NCBI GenBank assembly: GCA_000165425.1
Contig: CT868662.1
Span: 268,013 to 332,012 of the forward strand
Source: Paramecium tetraurelia
Lineage: Eukaryota
Direction: 5' to 3'
Length of the DNA stretch: 64,000 nucleotides
Position 1 is the first letter of the stretch. The number at the start of each line of letters is the position of its first letter. Below the pieces are notes generated by a model. It was not told the origin of the DNA, did no database searches, and was given only the letters and a program-made list of their open reading frames with translations. Shown in pieces: positions 55,154 to 64,000 of this stretch. Both the position numbers and the translations under genes were made by a program.

Positions 55154-56792
55154 ATGTATAGAAGTTAGAGATTGAGAATGAAATCATAAAATCATTCGTC
55201 GATTTCACCTCCAATAATAAAGAGGAGATTAAGAAACAAGAATGAATACATTGAGATGAATGAAATCGAACCAACTGATAAAAAAAAATAGAACATTTTA
55301 TAGGACATAGCAGCAACTAAATAAAAAAGCTTAACCAATTTTGCATTGACAGTTACACCTAAATATGGATAGGAAAGAGATTATGATGATGATGAGGATA
55401 TTCTATTTCAAGTATTAAATTTGAGTAAGAAATTAGTCTAAAGGGAAAAAGAGACCATGGTCAGAACAGGAAGACAATTTGTTAATTAAATTGGTTTAAA
55501 TGCATGGTCCTTAGAAATGGACATTCATAGCAGAACATCTGCCTGGGAGAATAGGCAAATAATGCAGAGAGAGATGGCATAATCATTTGAATCCTCAGAT
55601 TAAGAAATCACATTGGGGAGATTACGAAGAATGGATTCTATTCCTATCACATAGAGTTATGGGAAATAGATGGGCTGAAATGGCTAAATAATTAATAGGG
55701 AGGACAGACAATTCAATTAAGAATCATTGGAATTCAGCAATGAAAAAAAGAATTCCTGAAATGGAAGAAAGATTGAAAGATATTCGCAAAAGAGGAGGTA
55801 CAATTTAAGTTAACAATCCTATAGGAATGTAGAATTCTGAATTGATGAATTCATTTACTTCCTTAGAAAGATAATTATTATAAAAATTGCTATCCTCCCA
55901 ATAAAATGGATAGATGTCTCCCAGATCCTATTCTCCTAATAATATGCCCAGAAGAAGGACAAATAAACAACAGAATTATTTGAATCCCAATTCAGTGAAT
56001 TCTTATATTTAGAAAATGATGAATGAAATTAAAATCGATGGTATTGAGAGTTACTCAATGGAAACAAAAATGCTAAAGAAAACTGCTAAAATAGCTGATT
56101 CCATATTTTGGAATGAAGACAAAGTGGATGACTTATAAAACAATCTCTATGAATATATATAAGAAAAGGTTGGAGCTCATGGTTATGATCAAGATGAGAA
56201 GGTTGATAGATGGATAAAAGACTTTTGGATTATGTGCTAAGATGTTTTTACTGTCTCTGTAATCAAAGACTTTTTATCTTAAAGACCTTCCTTCTATTAT
56301 AATTATTTGCATAAATACAAACAAGATAGTGCTAATTAAGTATCCAAGAACTTAAGCAGAATCTACGAATAAACCAATAATAGTGATGAATATCAATTGC
56401 CTTCTCTCAATTAATTTAAAACTCCTCTAAAAGAAAAACCTGATCCTAATCAAAATAACACACATAATTCTAATAACAATAATAATAATAACCATAACAA
56501 TGATACTCATAGTCCTAGTAACATCTGTTTGGAAGTTAAATATGATGATCAATTTTAACATTAAATTGAGTCACCTTCAAAATTATTGAATTTATTAACT
56601 CCAAAACATTAAAATATTCAATAATCTAATAAAAAGACTCCAAATTTGAAATCAGAAAATAAGAGTGTTATGCAACATTCTTAGTTAAAAGATAATTTGA
56701 GCTTGAGTAAATTAAGATTTGATACTACTCCTCTTAAAAAGAACTCAGCCTTCAAATTTTATAATAAATATAATTAGTAATAGTAGCTATGA
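55154..56792 (+). CDS. R2R3 Myb transcription factor
   Basis: KRPWSEQEDNLL..GPQKWTFIAEHLPGRIGKQCRERWHNHLNP..GNRWAEMAK..GRTDNSIKNHWNS. Confidence 0.95.
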
Positions 56793-56862
56793 AAAGTTAT
56801 TTAATATATTTTTTTTTATAAACAGAATTTCATTAATTATGTTGCTCTTTGTATAATAATAC

Positions 56863-57725
56863 TCATTATTAAGCCTAATTTCTTTTTACAGTCCCAAAGT
56901 ATCTATCTCCAAAATCACCTATTCCTGGAGCCAAGTAGTTGATATCTTTCAATAAGATTGGATCAACTTGAGCTGTAATAATCTTAATTTTAGGATATTC
57001 ACTAAACAATTTACTTAACCCCTATTCACAACTAACTAAAGTTAAAAATGTGATATTTTCTTCTTTAACTCCATGATGTTTTAAAATGTTTATAGCCATA
57101 CTTGCACTTCCTCCTGTGGCCAACATAGGGTCCACTAAAATAACTTATTAATCCTTGATATTTTGAGGCAATTTTTAGAAAAAATATGAAGGTTGTGAAG
57201 TTTCCTCATTTCTTTAAATTAGTATTTATCCTATTGATGCTCCTGTCATAACCTTCAATGCTTCTATTAAAAATGCATTTCCTGATCTCAATATACTCAC
57301 AAAGCAGATTCTGAATTATTTAACAAAATTACTCCTCATCCTGAAATTTTAACTCATGAGCATCATAATATCCTAATGGAGATTATTTTATGTGCTTCTT
57401 TTTTTCAATTTGAGAGATGGCTTATTCAATCAAAATTCGAATTAAACGATCTGCATTCTTTCTGAAATCCTAAAATACTTGTTACTAATACCACAATATC
57501 TGTTTAAACATCTCTTATCACTGATAGAATATGTTCTGTATAACTTCTCTCTATGATCGATAGATTTGTATGTTTCTTTTGCAATTTCTATAAATCATGA
57601 TCATTAAGAAAATGATAATGAGGTAATTAATCATCATCATTTTTACCTCTAATCTGATTGCACATAATAGTTGATGAACTCAATAATCCCAAACAGCCTC
57701 CTAATTTAATTAAATTCCTAAACAT
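56863..57725 (-). CDS. UPRT: Uracil phosphoribosyltransferase
   Basis: VSILRSGNAF, ILVDPMLATGGSA, PGIGDFGDRYFG. Confidence 0.95.
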
Positions 57726-57979
57726 TATTTAAAACAATTAAAATTCCTTATTATACATCCAATCACTATCATAATATTGTGATAGATGATGGACAATCAA
57801 GGATATAAATATTAATTATTCATTCAATCATTTTCCTTTTCTCTTAAAAGTTCTTATAATCAAAGTAAAAACTTGATTTTGACTCGCTTCTTAATTCTCC
57901 CTTAGTTATTGAACTTCACTCAAACAAATAGTATCATTTTATCATCTTAGAGATATGATTATAATATAATTTATAAAAT

Positions 57980-58570
57980 CAAATATTTAATTGTTAATAA
58001 TAACCTTTATTTGAAAAACTTGACTCTATCTAAAACATCAAACAATAAATCCTAAAATACATCTATCTATTATATACCAGTGTAATTGATAGTCCAAGTA
58101 TTTTTATAACATTTATGAAAACTAATAATCTTTTTTTTCTTAATTTATCTCTTTATAAATATCCAACTATTGAAGTTTCATTAGGAATTCTTTTTCTTCT
58201 CTTCAGTTGCCAATAATTCCTATTTAGAAATCTACAATCCTCTTAACTAAATTTTATACCCATACAAGTGGATGTAATATGATACGTATAAATTTAAAGT
58301 TACAAATTTTTAAAGAATTTAAATTTCATTCATTAATTGATTTTTGACAGTATTAAAATTTCACTACCACTGTACTCACCTATGAGATTGTGATACAAAA
58401 ATATACGTTTAGAGGAGTATTAGACAGTGTATAATTTCTGATAATTTACAGTGTTTGCAATATTATAAATCAAAAAATATAACTATTCTGCTAATGGTTC
58501 TACTTCAAGTTCTCTTGTTATTATTTTTTCTTAGTTAAATTAAAATTATTATTTCGGCAGATTACTCATG
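57980..58570 (-). CDS. Possible hypothetical gene or decayed gene
   Basis: Protein-like segments (MSNLPK..ITRELEVEPLAE; ELLATEEEEKEFLMKLQ) and intron-like GT..AG, but no clean single model. Confidence 0.3.
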
Positions 58571-58726
58571 ACATTTTACTTAATTCAGAGCAAATTTCCA
58601 TTATAAATTATTAAGTAATCTAACTTTAGAATATCACTTATTTTATTATTTCTTTTGATAAGAATTATAGAATCTAGATATAATAATTAGATCCTTTGTA
58701 TTTAACTTAATGTGTTTAGATTAAAA

Positions 58727-59580
58727 TCATTCAAATTCTGAATAAGCTTTATAAGATCCTGGGCCAGGACTCTTGGCTCCTAAATCGAAAGGTCCTTTCC
58801 TTGTAGCTTTAGGGAATGAATTTAAGACTGATGATTTGAATCCATTTTTGGGACAGAACCCTGTTCCTGTGATTCCTGTATTCGAGATATCATAGCTAGC
58901 TGGCTCAGGAAAACTCTTTTAAGCTATTGTTAAATAATGTTGAAACTCTATAAAGTTTTAAATCGGTCTTAGTCTTTGCCTATGATGGCAGCACCAGAGC
59001 TTTTGAATTTTGAAATGAATTGATTTCCTCTTTCATTTGTGATTTGAAGAGCTTCATAAGACCCAGGTCCTAAGAATAAATGAATTAAAAACCAGGAGTA
59101 TTAAACTATTTTAAAGATCCTGGTTTGAGACCAAATGTAAATTTGGAATCTGTAAGGGAATTTGTTGATGCATATCTACCAGGACCTGGAGATAGGTAAT
59201 TCAAAGAACCCCAAATTCCATGGGCTTTCATTTAATCTCTGCTATAAGCAAAGGTTGGTCCCTTCTTCTTGTCGATATTATTTTCAACAAACGATTATAA
59301 TTCATACATATTGGGAGCTGGGACTGGCTTAGCATCTTTGGAAAAATCATGTCTTAATATATGAACTTGATGTACTTGAATCCATATCCGAATCCAGCCA
59401 TCCTAGTCCCCAAGGATTAAGGTAATTTGTAACTTAATTCATCAGTTCTATATTAAGTGAGAAAGAGGATTACGCTGATTTATTCTAAATAGGTTCTCTT
59501 CTGGCTCTTGGAAATGAGTACTTTTATTTTGACAAAGAAGTGTTTAGACTTGAGTCATGGGTGGCCAAATACTAATTCAT
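58727..59580 (-). CDS. ODF3/SHIPPO-repeat (PGPGxY) ciliary protein
   Basis: Repeats PVPAPNMY, SPGPGRY, PGPGSYE, PEPASY, PGPGSYK. Confidence 0.88.
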
Positions 59581-59635
59581 TATAAAATGTAATTTTAAAT
59601 ATATATTTATAATATATGTATTTCATTCTTAAGAT

Positions 59636-61385
59636 TCAGAGAATTTTCCAAAACTATTAGTGAATGCGAATCAAATGGTGAAAGATTCTTGTTATTGTTA
59701 ATGGATTCTAGAATATAAATGTTTTTATTACTTGAATATTTAGAATATTTAGTATGGATTTCATTGGCTCTCTCTTCACATTCAACTATTTCATGGTCTT
59801 TCTAAGGGAATCTGCGATAACTTTTTAATTTCTATTAAATATAACTTATGTTATTACTCCAAAATCTCTTGTAATAATAATTTAATAATCTGTTTAGTCA
59901 TATTTTCGATTTTTTCATTGTTATCATGAACACAAATTTTTGAAATTATCTTATTATATCCATATTTTTACTTAGAAAATTTTGTATAGAACCTCTTTGA
60001 TAAGAATAGTTTTCTTAAATAGGTGTCATTCATCGTCTTCATCTTTGAGTTCTCCTTTCTGAAGGGAATTATGTCATCTATCGATTGAGGATCAAAAACT
60101 TTAATAAATTCCTTATCATCTGAAAAGAATGAATGATAAAACTGTCTTTCTCTTTCTTTTGCTGATTTACCTTCTTTATTCTTCATATTCAATTTGACTT
60201 TTAATAAATAGAAAATATCTTCTGATTATAAATTTAGTCATTTCCTCTTTTGTTTTATTAATTTTTCTCTATATAACGTTTCTTGATCAAATAGGTATAT
60301 GTTGAGAAAATGAGGAGAGAGAGAAAAAAATGGTTAGGTTTAAATAATTTTAAATTTTCCTTCACAAACTCTTTGAAAACAGAGTATTGGAGCAAAGATA
60401 TGATCTTTGAAAGCAAGTTTAACAATGAATTCATTTCCCTTTCTGCAATCACCTCCATATTATTTGTTACAGCTGCATTTTTGATAGGATCTTGAAATTG
60501 ACAAGTTTGTTCAAAGGTTTCTTTCATTTGGATTGTCAAAGCATAAGCTTATGTTGGAAGCATATAGAATTATTAAAGGTTAAGTTAAGGGTAATTGCTA
60601 TATGGTTATGCACACATGAATGGAAGCATGAGATGATTTAAAAAAATTAGATGTTATAATAAAATATCTTCTGTCTTTATAATCTTTTCTATTAAAATGC
60701 TAAGTTTTTTATAAATGATATCAATAATGTCATAATTCTGTTGAGGCTACATATTAATACTTATACGATAAGGGAGGCATTGGAACCTGTACAAATCTCC
60801 CTTCAGGCGATTTCTCATAAAAGTTACCTGCAATTTTATTATATCATAATTACCATATCCTTTAACCTCTTTTTTGATGAATTCTTTATCACGTTTCAAA
60901 AAACACCTATCCATACTATAAAAACTGCCATATTCTTTGCCATAGTTTGTATTTGATAGTGATTTTCTGCTTTATCTAATTGTTTTTTTTGCAATGCTTT
61001 CTTCATAACTTTACCTCTCAGGGACTAGTTATGGTTTCCCAGTCTTTTTGCCTTATTTTTTTATAGGAGGAGGAACATAATTCTAAGGCAATGGTGGTGG
61101 AATATATTTTGGTTTAGGTGGCTGAATTTTATATATTTTATACTAATGGAGGATCATCAGGCACTGGTTTCACTCCAATCTTTTAAGCAATCTTTGGAAA
61201 TACTCCTTGAATATCCCAAGTGAGTTGAAATGCTCCCTTTCTATTATGTTACTCTAATTTATTCAATCTCTAAAATACCTGGAAAAATTCTTTTAGAACT
61301 TATTACTTCCTTTTTAGAAGGCAAACCATGTGCGACCTATATTTTTATTTATAAATACTATTGTCTCAGCAGTTGCCATTTTCAT
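59636..61385 (-). CDS. Hypothetical protein (proline-rich N-terminal region)
   Basis: Open frame with multiple tiny introns; QPPKPKYIPPPLPQNYVPPP; TGA 59636 after splicing. Confidence 0.72.
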
Positions 61386-61408
61386 ATATTTTATTATAAT
61401 AAATTATT

Positions 61409-61822
61409 ATGATTATCATTTATTTTAACCAACTTAATGTAGAAATCAGCCATTCCTAAATCTAATAGGAGAATCAGAAGCTTGTAAATCGTATAAGAAA
61501 GATTTTGTATTAATAAAATATCTTCGTGAATAAGATAATAAGTATAAAAATATAGAAAATTGAAGCAAAACTTAATATTTTGGATCATGTTTATAAAGAA
61601 CAATAAAAATATTTATATTCCTAATTTAGTACCAAGGTAGTAGGTGTGGGTATTCTCTTACTATTTTCATTGGATTATCTTTTTGTTTTCAATTTGATAC
61701 TCCAAATCAAATAGTATATCTGGTAAACCTACAAGATTTTAATGATTGCCAATTTATCAGATCTAAATAGCTAAAAGAAACCTAAAATTACTTAGTAAAT
61801 CCTGATGGAACCAATATTATGA
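61409..61822 (+). CDS. Possible small hypothetical gene
   Basis: ~137-codon frame without TGA, divergent from the neighbouring gene; no recognisable motif. Confidence 0.3.
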
Positions 61823-61935
61823 ATGCTTTTCAATTCTTCTCAAAAGAGTTAATGGAAATTAAAACTTACATCTTTAATGGGACTAATTAAAGATTAAAAG
61901 AATTGATAAATTTATTAATTACAATAGAGATTATA

Positions 61936-62658
61936 TCATAAAAATTGCTTTAAAAATTTTTTAGTTCCATCAAATGTAATTGGTATTCTTCCTTTCAAAC
62001 TTCTATCTAACTTAGTTTCTTTAGTTTGAACTTTTTAAAGACAATTCTAAGTGGATTAATTACTTTTAATGAATAGATCCTCCTTGTTACTTGCTGATGA
62101 AATTATCAATTAAAAATTTTTATTCGCAGATTAAATTCTTTTACTGTTAAGAGGATTATTTATGCTGTTGCTTCTTTCTTCTACCTTTGGGATATTAGAA
62201 ATAGAACTAGTTTTTTTATTTTTTTATATGACTGGCTCTGCTGAATATACTAATTCAATCAACTGATTATTGGAATCAGTAACCAACTTCAATGATGAGT
62301 TCTTATGCATCTATTTGCTAGAATTGATCTTATTTAAATTATCGATTTCATTCTATTATTCCCTTTAAGTTAGTGGGTACTATTTATGAAGATGAAAATT
62401 CCTGTAGTTTAGGAGTTAACCTTTCTGATTAAATTTAAACAGTTTCTCATTATCTTTTCTATCGCTGCACAATTAAACGAAATTACATTCCTCTTTCAGT
62501 GACTTAACTCTATTTGAGGCTCCTTTTAAGTACTGTCTTTTATAGTTGGTTTTGGTTATTGGCATCCTTTAAAAATCTCTATAATTCGAGATACCATTTG
62601 TAGAAATGGTTCTCAATCCTCTTAAATCTTAAAGTGAAACAGATATTGATGAAAGCAT
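61936..62658 (-). CDS. Hypothetical protein
   Basis: ATG 62658 MLSSISVSLQDLRGLR; open frame to TGA 61936. Confidence 0.68.
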
Positions 62659-62713
62659 AATTAATTTAATAATATATCATAAACAAATAACATTTTACAA
62701 AATAAACATAATT

Positions 62714-64000
62714 TCATTCAACAAATATATTTAGAGTTTCTAAAATCTCATTTTTTGCTCCTTCTGGGTCTGTTTGAGACTATTCCCAATACAATGAGAA
62801 TGCTCCTACTAATTTTGCATGGTCCTTATGATACTCATGTGCAATTTCTTTTAATTTCAATAATTGATTTTCAGATAAGAGATTCTCCGTCTCTAACTGC
62901 TCTAATAATTATTAGATCATTTCTACTCATATAATAAATTATATTACATTACCGCAATAGTCTTAATATACTTTTGATGCTCTCTACAAAATCATCAATA
63001 TTCTTGGAATACAAGTAGATTTCAAAAACGCCCTTAATTCTTTACTCATTTTTTTTCTTACTAATCTCATTCAACATATAATCATCAATTTTCAATTAAC
63101 CATCTTTTTACAGTTTTTTTAATAGGTCTTCGAAAGTGATGAATTGATGTGATTTTTTAAGTGAATCTTATTGACTTAATTTTTTGATTGCTGCTATAAA
63201 TCCATTCAAATCCTAATCTTATTAATATTGAGAATAGAGTTCGATGATGCTGTTTTCACCTTAGCCACTTGCAATGGTTTCTAATCTGCTTTTCTCTTCA
63301 GCTGAAAAGTATTGTTTTATTTATGATAATATCTCTTTGGCTCCCAAAACAGGTGTGTTTAATTATGGCTGTTCCAATGGAGATAAGTCAGATCCAACTT
63401 AGTTAATCTAAAATTAATGGATGTAATAAGTACATTAGTGAATTTACTATATTGTTTAATAATCATCTTAAGGGTTTCCAACATATCTTCGGCATCTTGA
63501 TTTTACAAATATGTTTCCAGTGTTCCTAATACTTATAAATCATTTTCTTTAAACATTTTCAATAGATATACTTTTTCATTTTCTTATAGATGTTTTTATA
63601 ATGTAAATTACCTCACTTAATTCATAAATAAATTATACATCTTGGTTTTTCTATAATCCTGAGTATCATTTTATTTTTCAGAGAGCAATTTGCTATTTAA
63701 AATATAGATTCTTTTACATCAATTTTGCTCTAGTATTCATTACAATGCGAGAGGAATTGAACCCTTTAATTATTTCATAAAGTTATTCATTATGATCCGA
63801 GAACAATTATTCAACTTATCTCAACTTTTTTTCATCCAAATCCATTTAACTTATCATATCTTAAAAATTTTAGTTAATCTCCATTTCTATTTAAATAGAA
63901 TAGAATTTTTAGATATTGATATCATATTAAATTCTCTATTCTTACTTTCTTTAAATAAAATTCTCTTCACTAACAATTAGATCCTAAATAGCCACATTAT
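62714..64000 (-). CDS. Large helical hypothetical protein, 3' part (5' end outside window)
   Basis: Open frame with tiny introns ending DHAKLVGAFSLYWEQSQTDPEGAKNEILETLNIFVE*. Confidence 0.75.

Noticed and set aside
59577..59640. Second apparent ATGA overlap, at the start of the ODF3-like gene
   Set aside because: With the introns near 59850 and 59720 spliced, the upstream gene ends at TGA 59636, leaving a normal 55-nt spacer.
1..64000. tRNA/rRNA/snoRNA genes, telomeric repeats, transposons or IESs
   Set aside because: No cloverleaf, rRNA-like GC-rich block, C4A2/C3A3 repeats, transposase motifs or convincing TA-bounded insertions interrupting conserved genes were seen by eye; tRNAscan/Infernal would be needed to exclude small RNAs.

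Overview
AT-rich, gene-dense eukaryotic DNA from a ciliate macronuclear chromosome, most likely Paramecium (aurelia group). TAA/TAG read as Gln, TGA is the only stop, and introns are tiny (about 20-28 nt, GT..AG). The supplied standard-code ORF track therefore fragments every gene. Manual re-translation with the ciliate code gives about 40 genes. These include CDP-DAG synthase, a bromodomain+ET protein, a hybrid histidine kinase, an ERGIC/Erv46 protein, two NEK kinases, a MAPKKK, a TM-RING protein, GCP3, a zf-4CXXC_R1 protein, MCU, a CNBD cation channel, an SCP/NIF phosphatase, ESF2, a signal-peptide-peptidase homolog, a PX sorting nexin, an R2R3 Myb, UPRT, an ODF3/SHIPPO-repeat protein and many hypotheticals. 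No RNA genes, CRISPR arrays or transposons could be supported. Most notable observations: (1) a prokaryote-like ATGA stop/start overlap between ESF2 and a catalytically dead SPP-family gene; (2) a ~950-codon PH-like/72-bp-repeat ORF with in-frame TGA at Trp-like positions and compensating frameshifts that make the same repeat read in two frames; (3) a CNBD channel with a TEGYGD filter; (4) a divergent CDCA7-type zinc finger; (5) repeated 33-35 bp bidirectional promoters. Coordinates come from manual reading and may be off by a few nt.
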